This document shows, in pieces, positions 6,897-16,011 of a stretch of 36,285 nt of DNA. Both the position numbers and the translations under genes were made by a program. This DNA is from a virus. Below the pieces are notes generated by a model, which was not told the origin of the DNA, searched no databases, and saw only the letters and a list, made by a program, of their open reading frames with translations. Location of the stretch: the UHGV virus genome UHGV-0162400; one strand, written 5' to 3'. Positions within the stretch are counted from its first letter, which is position 1. The number at the start of each line of letters is the position of its first letter.

Positions 6897-9200
6897 TCAG
6901 CTTATCGCTATTCCGATGTAACAATTACCGTTTTTTGCTCGCACTTTAGGATACTTTTTCGACAATTCAACACCAAACCTCGTGTTTGACATCTTGTACT
7001 CATTGTTGTCATCGCACCACTGCGCATACGCCGCATAAAGCACGTTAGCCTGCGCATAGCAGTCCTTACCCTCTACGCACCTGTCCTCGACAAAAGCGGA
7101 GATAACGTCCATCTCTCTGCGGTACTCCTTGACCATAGCGATAACCGCCTTTGGCATATGCAGTCCCTCAGTCTGATACAGTACGCACCCCTCTACTGCC
7201 CAGCGGAAGATAGCGGGCAGTTCACGGCACAGCTTATATTTTAGACGTGGGTCTTTCTTTTCTTCGGGTATCTGTACAGTGAACGGTATCATATGCACTC
7301 TGCGCCAGATACCTGTGTCTGTGCCTCTGATTATCGGCTTATGATTGGTCGCCATCCACAGCTTGAATTCGGGCTTGAATTCAAATTCATCGCCGTACAG
7401 CTTGCGGGCAGTAACTATATCGTCACCTGTAAGCTGCTTCAGCAGTCCCTCATTGATACGCACACCCTCGTTAGGCTCTACCGATGTAACAAACCTTGCG
7501 CCTTTAAGGCGTGCTATATCGCTGTTTATGGCACTGCTCTGATTACTGCGTACCATAATCGTTTCCGGCTGGATATTGCTTGCGTAGTCACCCATAATGG
7601 CACGGATAATATCAAGGAACGTTGACTTACCGTTTCTGCCTGTGCCGAACAGGAAGAATACGCACTGCTCCGCCGTTGAGCCTGTCAGCGAATAGCCGAC
7701 CGCCTTCTGAACATATCGTATAAGGTCCTTGTCGCCGCCGAATATCTCGTCAAGAAATTTCAGCCACTGCGGACAGTCGGCATTGCTCGTGTACTCTGCC
7801 GATGTGATACGGGTAAAATACGCTTCCGGCTTATGCTCACTCAGCGTACCGCTTTTCAGGTCAAGAACACCGCTCGGAGTATTAAGCACCATCTTGTACT
7901 TATCCATCTGTGCCGGCACTATCGGGACGTGATGCTGTGCTTCTTTAAGCATTGCAGATTTTGACTTGTTGCTTCGGCTCGACTTCAGGTGCTTTTCAAA
8001 GTTCTTTGCCATATCTCCGCCGTCCTCAGCGTCCATCTGCTCATATGCCTTAGCCTCTGCCTTCATTGCAAGTACCGCCTTATCGGCTATGCGCTCTATC
8101 GTTCCGCTGTTGTCATAGCACCACTTCCTGCCGTCATAATACAGCCAGCGTTTATCTATATAGCTGTAGCGGATCTCTCTGCCGAATAGATCTATAAGCC
8201 GTTCTGCGTTTCCTGTATCGTCAAACGTGTACAGCTTTACAGGCTCGTCCTGCGCAGTGTCAAGTTTTGCGTGTACAGCGGAGTTTTCACCTGTGAACCT
8301 TGCCGTAAACTGCGGTGTTTTCTGTGCAGGTTCGTATACCTTTTCACAATCGGCTATGGCTTTTTGTATCGTTATAGCACCGTAGGTACTGCCCGACTGC
8401 CGCCTGTCCCATTTCTCACGCATAAGCCCCGACTGCCTGTATATACAGTCCATCATATCCGCATCACATCTGCACCAGAACGCAAGCATATTGCACAGTG
8501 CCATATCAGCCTCTGACTGTGACACATATCCTGAATAATCGCCCTGCATAAGTGCGTTGAAACGTGGTGCGTTCTTTGCTTTCCCGGCGAGAGTTATAAT
8601 ATCATTTGCGGTTGCCGGAAGTGCCGGTACATAAGCACGGGGTACAGCGGAAGGCTCACGCCCTCCGCCTATGTACTTTTCGTGCAATGCCTTGATAGCC
8701 TCTGTGCATTCGTTTATATCCATATATTCGGCGCACGGATTGCCCGTCATAACGAAAAATCTGCCTGTTTCGTACATTTCGACATTGCCTCGTCTGCGTC
8801 CCTGCTTCGGCAGGTTTCCTTTGCAGATTATGTGAATGCCTTTGCCGGACTGCGACAGCTCGGTGTATGACTGGAGCGTTGTTATAAATTCGGTGATGAT
8901 GTTGTTTTCACCGCTTTTGAATGCGGCTATCTCGTCACCCACTCCGTCAATATCCACACCGAAATACTCGCAGTTTCCGAACATGAATCCGATGCCTGCG
9001 AAACCTGCCGAAGCTGCTACAGCCGTATTGAAATCCGACCATGTGGACGGATCGTTGGAGCGGGCAAGTTCGCCCGTATGAGGATTGATCGGAAGTTTTT
9101 TTATCTTACCGCCTGCCTCATCGGGTACAGCCTGCCAGCACACCCAGTTTGATAGCTTTTTAAGCTCATCGGGAATATATTCGTACATTATTTCCCCCAT
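6897..9200 (-). CDS. Primase-polymerase / D5-like SF3 helicase (P4-family primase C-terminus)
   Basis: N-terminal prim-pol motifs GVDID and ELSQSGKGIH; D5-N DTGNAERL; Walker A GTGRNGKST; KQLTGDD and ATNHKP. Confidence 0.92.
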   Translation of the reverse strand: MGEIMYEYIPDELKKLSNWVCWQAVPDEAGGKIKKLPINPHTGELARSNDPSTWSDFNTAVAASAGFAGIGFMFGNCEYFGVDIDGVGDEIAAFKSGENNIITEFITTLQSYTELSQSGKGIHIICKGNLPKQGRRRGNVEMYETGRFFVMTGNPCAEYMDINECTEAIKALHEKYIGGGREPSAVPRAYVPALPATANDIITLAGKAKNAPRFNALMQGDYSGYVSQSEADMALCNMLAFWCRCDADMMDCIYRQSGLMREKWDRRQSGSTYGAITIQKAIADCEKVYEPAQKTPQFTARFTGENSAVHAKLDTAQDEPVKLYTFDDTGNAERLIDLFGREIRYSYIDKRWLYYDGRKWCYDNSGTIERIADKAVLAMKAEAKAYEQMDAEDGGDMAKNFEKHLKSSRSNKSKSAMLKEAQHHVPIVPAQMDKYKMVLNTPSGVLDLKSGTLSEHKPEAYFTRITSAEYTSNADCPQWLKFLDEIFGGDKDLIRYVQKAVGYSLTGSTAEQCVFFLFGTGRNGKSTFLDIIRAIMGDYASNIQPETIMVRSNQSSAINSDIARLKGARFVTSVEPNEGVRINEGLLKQLTGDDIVTARKLYGDEFEFKPEFKLWMATNHKPIIRGTDTGIWRRVHMIPFTVQIPEEKKDPRLKYKLCRELPAIFRWAVEGCVLYQTEGLHMPKAVIAMVKEYRREMDVISAFVEDRCVEGKDCYAQANVLYAAYAQWCDDNNEYKMSNTRFGVELSKKYPKVRAKNGNCYIGIAIS

Positions 9201-9748
9201 CAGAACGGATAATCGCCGTCATCTTCCGTAGCGGCTTCCGCTGTTGCTGCCACTGCAAAGCTCTCGTTTTTCGGCGCTGATACGGTATCGGCGGTTACGG
9301 CGGTCTTGAACTTATGCTTGCAGTCGGGGTGCTGCGTCGGTTCAAGATAGCTTACTTTTTCTCTTGTGGTTCCCTTATCGTCCGTTTCGTGCTTTACTAC
9401 AGCTATCACGCACTTGCCGACAAGATCGTCGCAGTATTCCGCAAGATCCTTGTATTCCTTGCCGTCAGTGAGCTTTGCGGCCTTGCCTACTGCCATAAGT
9501 CTGCCGAATGTATAACCGTTTACGGCAAGGTCTTCCTTTGTCGGATTCTTAGACTTCCATATCTGATAGAACAGGCAGGCGTTGCCGTATTTCTGCTCCG
9601 GAATATCGTTTCTTATCGTCAGTCTGAAACTCAACGATGTACTGCCGCTCTTATATGTTTTCTCGTCTACGCTTGTGATTATCGTTTCATATCTGCCTTC
9701 GGGCTTGAGCGCACTTGTAGCCGCTGAGTTGTTCTGTGAAAATGCCAT
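9200..9748 (-). CDS. SSB-like protein (DUF669-like)
   Basis: LKPEGRYETII N-terminus and acidic DDGDYPF C-terminus. Confidence 0.7.
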   Translation of the reverse strand: MAFSQNNSAATSALKPEGRYETIITSVDEKTYKSGSTSLSFRLTIRNDIPEQKYGNACLFYQIWKSKNPTKEDLAVNGYTFGRLMAVGKAAKLTDGKEYKDLAEYCDDLVGKCVIAVVKHETDDKGTTREKVSYLEPTQHPDCKHKFKTAVTADTVSAPKNESFAVAATAEAATEDDGDYPF

Positions 9749-9749
9749 A

Positions 9750-10070
9750 TTATTTATCCTCCGTTATAAGTCTTATTGCGTCTTCGGTGCTTCTGCATAT
9801 TCCTGCAACAGCACCTGAACGGCGCATCTTTTCAATGAAATTCTTCTGTTCGGGGCGAACACGTCCCGTTTTTGTCTTTACCTCTATGAATATTGCCTTT
9901 CCGTCCGACTGTCTTACGCCGAACAGGTCTGAAAATCCGACCGGTACGCCCGTGTCGAAATATCTACCGTCAAATGTTTTGCCCTTGCCGACGTTTATGC
10001 GGAATATCACGCAACCGTTCTCAGACAGTGCACGTCTGACGGCGTTCTGAATGCTGTGTTCTTCTGTCAG
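9750..10070 (-). CDS. VRR-NUC domain nuclease
   Basis: GFSDL and FIEVK..G..RPEQ motifs; frame extends to CTG at 10070 (TEEHSIQNAVRRAL), overlapping the helicase stop. Confidence 0.85.
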   Translation of the reverse strand: MTEEHSIQNAVRRALSENGCVIFRINVGKGKTFDGRYFDTGVPVGFSDLFGVRQSDGKAIFIEVKTKTGRVRPEQKNFIEKMRRSGAVAGICRSTEDAIRLITEDK

Positions 10071-11404
10071 TAGATAAAACCTCTCTTTCTTGCCTCATAA
10101 AATGCCCAGCCGTTCTTATATCCTTTCTTCTTTGCGTAAGCAAGCAGATCGGAATAGGACGAACAATCATCCGGACTACTGAAATCCAGCCTGAAGCCCT
10201 CGATATGAATAAGTTCGGTGCTTTCGCTTGTTTCTATCTCCCGGCTCTTTACCGGGAAAACATATCCGCAGTGAGGGCAGACGCAGGGCTGACCGGGTGG
10301 CGGCGCTCCGAATGTATAGTAACATTCGGGACACTGTTTCACCTTTTCGGCATTCTCCGCAGCTTCTTTCTTTATGTTGCGCTTGCGCTTTTCGAGCGAC
10401 CACAGGCGGTCATCATCGGGCATTCCGAAGCGTGCGTAATTGCCGACATGATCAAGAATTATCGCACGCTTGCCCTGGCGGTAGCGCATACATCTCATTG
10501 ACTGCTGAATGTACAGTGTAAGGGATTGAGTGGGGCGGAGCAATATTGCACATTCGCAGTCGGGAACGTCAAAGCCTTCCGATATTAAATCGACATTGCA
10601 AAGTATCGTTATCCGTCCTGCTCTGAAATCCGAAACAATGCGATTGCGCTCTGCATCGGGAGTTGTACCGTCAATGTGTACGGCGTTTATCCCTGCCTCT
10701 CTGAACGCTTCGGCAGTAGCGAGCGAGTGCTTGACGCTTGAACAGTAGCAGACGGCTTTCTTACCGTTCGCAAGCTGTCTGTAGTATCCGATAACATCAC
10801 CGAATACAGCCTTTTTGATCATCGCCTTTTCAACATCTGCCGTCACAAACTCGCCCATTTTGATATGAAGCCCCGACAAGTCGGCTACGGACGGTGCATA
10901 GTAGTCATACGGTGCAAGACAGTTGTGATCAATAAGCCATTTGGTAGACGGCCCGATTATCAGCTTGTCGTTGACATCACCCAGACCGTCACCATTCAGG
11001 CGGACAGGCGTTGCCGTTACCCCCACACGAAGCACATCGGGGAAAGCGTCATAGATTTTCTTATACGACAGTGCAAGACTGTGATGATTTTCGTCTGTGA
11101 TGATAAGCGCAGGCTTTGACAGCTTTTTTATCCGCCGTGCTGCGGTCTGTACCATCATCACGTCACAGTAGTTCATGTCAACGCCCCAGCGTATGAATGT
11201 CCTTATTATCTGCTGTACAAGCTCCTGCCTGTGTACAAGAAACAATACCTTTTTTCCGTTGAATGTAGTCCGCCGTGCTATCTCCGCTACTATCACCGAC
11301 TTACCGCCGCCGCAACCGAGAACAATGCAGGGAGCGTGATAACCCTCACGCCACGCCTGCCTTGTCTGCTCGACAAGCTCACTCTGATACGGTCTTAGCG
11401 GCAT
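10067..11404 (-). CDS. SF2 DEAD/DEAH-box helicase with C-terminal zinc ribbon
   Basis: LRPYQ Q-motif, GCGGGKS, DENHH, TATP, QQSMRCMR, CPEC...CPHC. Confidence 0.92.
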   Translation of the reverse strand: MPLRPYQSELVEQTRQAWREGYHAPCIVLGCGGGKSVIVAEIARRTTFNGKKVLFLVHRQELVQQIIRTFIRWGVDMNYCDVMMVQTAARRIKKLSKPALIITDENHHSLALSYKKIYDAFPDVLRVGVTATPVRLNGDGLGDVNDKLIIGPSTKWLIDHNCLAPYDYYAPSVADLSGLHIKMGEFVTADVEKAMIKKAVFGDVIGYYRQLANGKKAVCYCSSVKHSLATAEAFREAGINAVHIDGTTPDAERNRIVSDFRAGRITILCNVDLISEGFDVPDCECAILLRPTQSLTLYIQQSMRCMRYRQGKRAIILDHVGNYARFGMPDDDRLWSLEKRKRNIKKEAAENAEKVKQCPECYYTFGAPPPGQPCVCPHCGYVFPVKSREIETSESTELIHIEGFRLDFSSPDDCSSYSDLLAYAKKKGYKNGWAFYEARKRGFIY

Positions 11405-12260
11405 TCTGCTTTTCGACCTCCTTCTTTGCACACGCTATGCACAGCTTTCTGCCGAATTTTGCAACCGAGCTTCCAACCATTTCCGCTACCGTGTGCTTAG
11501 GCGTCGGCATAATGACAGCGCCGCATTCTTCGCATCTGTCGGGCTCTGCACCCTCGCTGAGCCATGCACCAAGCTGAGAGCCTAAATTTTCTGTGATAAC
11601 ACCAGACCACTTGTCAAGAAAAGTTGTGTCTTTTGAAAGACTTGCGATATGCTCACGGTTTATCTGAAAAGCAATATCAAATTCATACTCGGTGTTATCA
11701 CGCTGAACCGGCGCAAGTCCTATCTTGACGGGAACGGTCTTGCCCCTGTCGTTGATTTCCATAGCATAGCCCATCTTGGTACGCAGTGTAATGATCGTGT
11801 GGCAGTTGACCGACAGTATGGTATTGACAAGATTGTTCTGTATCTTTCCTGCTTCGTCCCATGCGGTATAATCGTTCTTTCCCTGCCGCTGTGCTATCTG
11901 CGATTTGATGTCAAGCACTCCGCCCTCGTTATCCCATGCGTGTGAAAAGCTGTCCACTATTATTACGCCGTCCTCTCCGACCGCCTCGGCCGCCTGTCTG
12001 ACGTACTCTATGTACTTTTCGGGCGAATACGGCGGTGTCAGCGGAGCGTAGAGAAATTCTCCCGTGCCGAGATCGTGACGATCGGCATAGAATCTGCCAC
12101 GCTCGTGTTCTGTATCTATAAGGGCAACCTTGCCCCAGTCGCCTGTTATGCCCTTTGCGAGATAGAGTGATGAAAGCGTTTTTCCGCTTCCCGACGGTCC
12201 CATAACCGCAATTCTCGCCTTTGATTTCTTTCTTGTTACAGGTGTAAATATATTGCTCAT
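11379..12260 (-). CDS. AAA ATPase, Sak4-like recombinase
   Basis: GPSGSGKT Walker A, IDTE, IVDSFSHAW, EYEFD; C-terminal CxxC...CxxC. Confidence 0.85.
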   Translation of the reverse strand: MSNIFTPVTRKKSKARIAVMGPSGSGKTLSSLYLAKGITGDWGKVALIDTEHERGRFYADRHDLGTGEFLYAPLTPPYSPEKYIEYVRQAAEAVGEDGVIIVDSFSHAWDNEGGVLDIKSQIAQRQGKNDYTAWDEAGKIQNNLVNTILSVNCHTIITLRTKMGYAMEINDRGKTVPVKIGLAPVQRDNTEYEFDIAFQINREHIASLSKDTTFLDKWSGVITENLGSQLGAWLSEGAEPDRCEECGAVIMPTPKHTVAEMVGSSVAKFGRKLCIACAKKEVEKQNAAKTVSE

Positions 12261-12267
12261 AGCTACC

Positions 12268-12864
12268 TCACTTTATCGTTATATACGGCTTTTTCTCAAG
12301 ATGCACGGCAGGAAGCTTTTCTCCGCTGTCGAGCAGTTTTTTGACCTCTGACTTGCATATGGTCGGTTTGCTGTACTTTATCAGCGATTTGTTGAATGCT
12401 TCGGCATAGTCGATAAACTGCCGCTCATCGTCAACAACCACACTGTCACGTCCCTCGGAGAACGTTATTTTTGCTCTTGGCATATCGACCTTTTTCAGCC
12501 TCATTGCCTGCATATCCTGTAACAGACGCTTTTTCAGAAACTCTGCCTTTTTGCGCTTTGTCTTTGCCCTTGCCGTCTGTTCTTTAGCTTCAAGTTCGTG
12601 GCTGTCTGCCTCACGCTCAAGGGATTTTATGAAGCAGGCAACATTCTCGGCTTTTTCACCAAACTCACCCTCGATGCCTTCGAGAGTATCAAACCACATC
12701 GTCAGCATATCGGCCTTGTACGCTTCAAGATCTGTTATGACCTCGCCGTCATCGTCTATATACTCACCGTCAGCATTGGTATCCGGTTCATAGTCATTTA
12801 TAGCGTCAAACGCATCGAAAAGTTCGGCAAACCTGCCGGTTATATCATATAATGTACTGCTCAT
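12268..12864 (-). CDS. Siphovirus Gp157-family protein
   Basis: TLYDI N-terminus, DTLEGIEGEFGEKAEN, coiled coil; typical position upstream of the recombinase. Confidence 0.8.
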   Translation of the reverse strand: MSSTLYDITGRFAELFDAFDAINDYEPDTNADGEYIDDDGEVITDLEAYKADMLTMWFDTLEGIEGEFGEKAENVACFIKSLEREADSHELEAKEQTARAKTKRKKAEFLKKRLLQDMQAMRLKKVDMPRAKITFSEGRDSVVVDDERQFIDYAEAFNKSLIKYSKPTICKSEVKKLLDSGEKLPAVHLEKKPYITIK

Positions 12865-13856
12865 ACGATTTCCTCCGTCATTTTTGTGAAAAACTGCTTT
12901 GCCTTTGATACAAACAGATCGTGATTACTGTCTGCGGGATTATTGCCGATAAACTCACAGAGCCGCTTTGCCGCATCAATAGCTGTTGCAAGGTACGCCT
13001 TAAACGTTTCCTTGCTGTCGGGCACAGCCACCGTAAGTTCCGACTGCTCACGCTTAGCGGCTTCAAGCTGACAGCGGAGCTCTTCAAGCTTCTTTTCATT
13101 CTCGGCTTTCAGGCTATTCATCTGCTCCGTATGCTCACGGTTCAGGCGGATAGTGTCCTGTAATGCGTCCTCCTGCACCTTATCAAGCTGCTGTTCGTAA
13201 GTTTTGCAGATATTATCAAATGCGGTCTTGTCCATAACGCCGTCCTTAGCCGGCTCAGCCGTAACCTCTATGGGACGGTTTTCAAGCTCCTTTATCTCGG
13301 CTTCGAGCGTCGCTATCTGCTGTGACAATGCGTTCTTAGCTTTTTCGAGCGATTTTGCCTGCTGAGCGGCGGCGGACGCTTCGGCTTCGGCGGCTGACTT
13401 ATCGGCTACCGCCTTATCCTTTTCCGCTCTGATCTGCCGTATCTGCTGTTCAAGTTCACGGACGGAGGTGTTTTCAAGGTCAGTCTTTTCGGCTATTTCT
13501 GTACGTTCTTCTTCGGAGAGAGAAGATAAAAGATATAGCTTTTTCACTCCAATTTGTGCACTCGAGTGCACAAAATCCGAAGGTAATTTTTCAATTACCT
13601 GTATATATGAATAAACCTGTCTGCGTTTGATGCCTGTTTCCTGTTCGCAGTAATCCTCAAACGTGTTATACCCCAGCTCCTTATAAAGCTTGCTGTCCCT
13701 CATTTCTTTAAAGCCTGAGCACATTTCATACAGACTCTGCTGTGCTACCTGTGCCGCCGCTTTAATATGGTAATTAAGATTTACTGCCTTGACATAATCG
13801 TCTGTTACCGCCTTTTCTGTATCCGCAGGCGGTGTGCGAAGTCCGGGAATTATCAT
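12861..13856 (-). CDS. DUF3102-like DNA-binding / coiled-coil protein
   Basis: KLYKELGYNTFEDYCEQETGIKRRQVYSYI HTH-like segment, SVRELEQQI, long coiled coil. Confidence 0.65.
   Translation of the reverse strand: MIIPGLRTPPADTEKAVTDDYVKAVNLNYHIKAAAQVAQQSLYEMCSGFKEMRDSKLYKELGYNTFEDYCEQETGIKRRQVYSYIQVIEKLPSDFVHSSAQIGVKKLYLLSSLSEEERTEIAEKTDLENTSVRELEQQIRQIRAEKDKAVADKSAAEAEASAAAQQAKSLEKAKNALSQQIATLEAEIKELENRPIEVTAEPAKDGVMDKTAFDNICKTYEQQLDKVQEDALQDTIRLNREHTEQMNSLKAENEKKLEELRCQLEAAKREQSELTVAVPDSKETFKAYLATAIDAAKRLCEFIGNNPADSNHDLFVSKAKQFFTKMTEEIV
13553..13574. repeat. Perfect 22-bp palindrome inside the DUF3102-like gene
   Basis: TTTGTGCACTCGAGTGCACAAA. Confidence 0.9.
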
Positions 13857-15379
13857 GCTGTTTTCCTCCTTGATTTTGTTTTTGATTTTTTCGCCGCAAT
13901 ACCGTCAAGGTACTGCTGATACATCTTTTCGACATTGATTATTTCCTGTGGTTTTTCCTGTCCGCCGTTTGCAACCCAGTTGTTTTTATAACCTCTGCAC
14001 TGGACTATTTTATAGTCGTTTGATACCTCTATCGTGTAATACGGCTCGTCCGGTGCGGATTTTCGGCGGAGAAACATAATTGTCAGCTTGCCGGTTGCGT
14101 GCCTTTCGGCGTAGCCGCCGACACAGTGGCTTAGCTTCTGACCTTCGACGACTATTTCGTCCGTGCTGTCGGGTTGACGGATAAAGTATTTATCAATCGA
14201 AAACTCAAGTATCTTTCGCTTTAATTTCAAAGTGTTCAGCTGTTCAGCCAGCTTAGCGTTTTTCTTTGCTTTTTCTTCAAGCTCCCGTGCCTGTCGCATA
14301 GCTTCTGCACGGTCGTGAGCTGCCTTCAGATTTTTTGGAAAGCATATCTGTCTGTCGCTGAAATCGGCGTTGAAGCTCTGCATTATACGGACATAATCCG
14401 AATAATCGCTGATATTTACATTCTGCTTTAAAATGTACTTCGCAATTTCGCATTTGTCAGTCTTGAGTTTCTTCTTGAGACTGTCGAGTATACCAAATGA
14501 ATATCCTATATGTTTATTTGTTTCAATAAGACGGTCAAGGTCGGTGATTTTAGGAAATTCTTCTTTTATCGCAAAATAATCCCTGTACCCGATCCGTCCT
14601 TTGCGGATTGCCCGCATAACATCTTTTGTTACGCCGAGCATTTTGTGCGGTTCGGTTTCTTCCCAGTTGATCATGTCTTTGTTGTACTTTACGCTGTTAT
14701 ATAAGCCACACTTAACGAGTGCCTCAACATTTTTGTGCGACTGCCAGAACCGCAGGTATGATATGCTTCCGAAATTCTCGCTCATTGCCGAATGCTCGCA
14801 AGCTGTTCCTTTTAATGCGGAATAATTGATAAAATTATAACCGCCATAATTCTGAAATATAGGCTCGTCAAATTTTGCTCGTAGCCCCCAGCCTGTCACT
14901 ACTTTTGTATAGCAACCGTTTTTATTCTCCCACGCATACTTTGGCCCGTAACGGAACGCTTGATTTGCCGTGAACAAATACCGCTGAACCTCATTGATTG
15001 CGATATGCGGCATAATCTCATGCGCATTAAAAAACAGCGTAACCGTATAGAAACGTATGTACAGATTATCGGTTTTGCCGTCTGACAAAAACACTCCGAC
15101 ATTTGATTTACATTCCACTACCGAACCGTGAAAATTGTGATAATTATATATTGCAGTGACAGTTTCGTCGCAGTGCGAGCATACAGTAGTCTGCCTATGT
15201 TTAACTGAGCTGTCATACTCACCGGGATACAGCTTTTCTTCGCAGGCTGTGCAATATGCTGTGCCATCATTATCCACAATAAGATACTTCATCGGCAACG
15301 TCTTTCTAAGCTCACGCTCAAGCTCTGCTGTAAGCGGCGGAAAATTGTCTGTATAGCTTTCGGCTTCTTTTCTTGTCAT
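13853..15379 (-). CDS. PcfJ-like protein
   Basis: N-terminal CxxC...CxxC; FPKNLKAAHD, EGQKLSHCVGGY, YYTIEV, QCRGYKN. Confidence 0.85.
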   Translation of the reverse strand: MTRKEAESYTDNFPPLTAELERELRKTLPMKYLIVDNDGTAYCTACEEKLYPGEYDSSVKHRQTTVCSHCDETVTAIYNYHNFHGSVVECKSNVGVFLSDGKTDNLYIRFYTVTLFFNAHEIMPHIAINEVQRYLFTANQAFRYGPKYAWENKNGCYTKVVTGWGLRAKFDEPIFQNYGGYNFINYSALKGTACEHSAMSENFGSISYLRFWQSHKNVEALVKCGLYNSVKYNKDMINWEETEPHKMLGVTKDVMRAIRKGRIGYRDYFAIKEEFPKITDLDRLIETNKHIGYSFGILDSLKKKLKTDKCEIAKYILKQNVNISDYSDYVRIMQSFNADFSDRQICFPKNLKAAHDRAEAMRQARELEEKAKKNAKLAEQLNTLKLKRKILEFSIDKYFIRQPDSTDEIVVEGQKLSHCVGGYAERHATGKLTIMFLRRKSAPDEPYYTIEVSNDYKIVQCRGYKNNWVANGGQEKPQEIINVEKMYQQYLDGIAAKKSKTKSRRKTA

Positions 15380-15390
15380 ACTGCCACACC

Positions 15391-15762
15391 TCAGAAGTCC
15401 AGCAAACTGTCAAGGTCAAGCTGTAGCTTGCCGCTGTCTTTATCTATGGACATTTCGTTGTTGCTGAACCCGCTGTCACCGAGATCAAGCGTCATAGTGC
15501 ATTTTATATCCGCACCGGGAAAGTAAAACGCTACGGCACGCTTGTATACTTCGAGATCTTCGAGGCTTGCACCTGCACCTTTGACTGTTGCCTTGAGGCA
15601 GTTGGCAAAAGACTTGCCTGACTGCTCTATGGCCTGTTTAAACTCTGCATTCTGCTCGCAGAATTTGCAGATAGTTTTCATCACAGCATTCTTTACTGCT
15701 GTTTCATACTTGCCGAGCTTTGCGTCTGTCAGCTCAGCTGTAAGTTTTTCTTTGATACTCAT
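15391..15762 (-). CDS. PcfK-like (AcrIIA9-related family) protein
   Basis: 123 aa directly upstream of the pcfJ-like gene; GKSFANCL...DLEVYKRAVAFYF and acidic LDSLLDF tail. Confidence 0.65.
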   Translation of the reverse strand: MSIKEKLTAELTDAKLGKYETAVKNAVMKTICKFCEQNAEFKQAIEQSGKSFANCLKATVKGAGASLEDLEVYKRAVAFYFPGADIKCTMTLDLGDSGFSNNEMSIDKDSGKLQLDLDSLLDF

Positions 15763-15763
15763 A

Positions 15764-15841
15764 TTGACTTTTTCTCCTGCCAGTGTTATACTGGTCTTGT
15801 ATAAATATTTGTTTTTGCCGCCTTCGGGCGGTTATTTTTTT
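15764..15841 (+). ncRNA. Putative short antisense transcription unit (promoter, about 40-nt RNA, terminator)
   Basis: TTGACT (15764-69), 17-nt spacer, TGnTATACT (15787-92); hairpin GCCGCC-TTCG-GGCGGT (15817-32) followed by a T-run. Confidence 0.5.
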
Positions 15842-15995
15842 ATTCTTCGTCGATGCTTTCGACATCATATCCGCATTCTGGGCAACACGGCAATGTTTCC
15901 CACGCAGGTGCACCGTGACACTCGCCTCGATACTCGGTGCAGTGTCCGAGTTCTGAAGACGAGCCTGTCCAGTCGCAACGTTCGCATTTATACAC
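15840..15995 (-). CDS. Small zinc-ribbon protein
   Basis: GTG start at 15995; CERC...CPEC. Confidence 0.65.
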   Translation of the reverse strand: MYKCERCDWTGSSSELGHCTEYRGECHGAPAWETLPCCPECGYDVESIDEE

Positions 15996-16011
15996 GTTTC
16001 TTTCCTCTCTC

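Noticed and set aside
11424..11442. TGCA-N7-TGCACA as a third copy of the TGTGCA-N6-TGCACA site
   Set aside because: Wrong spacing and incomplete half-site; likely chance
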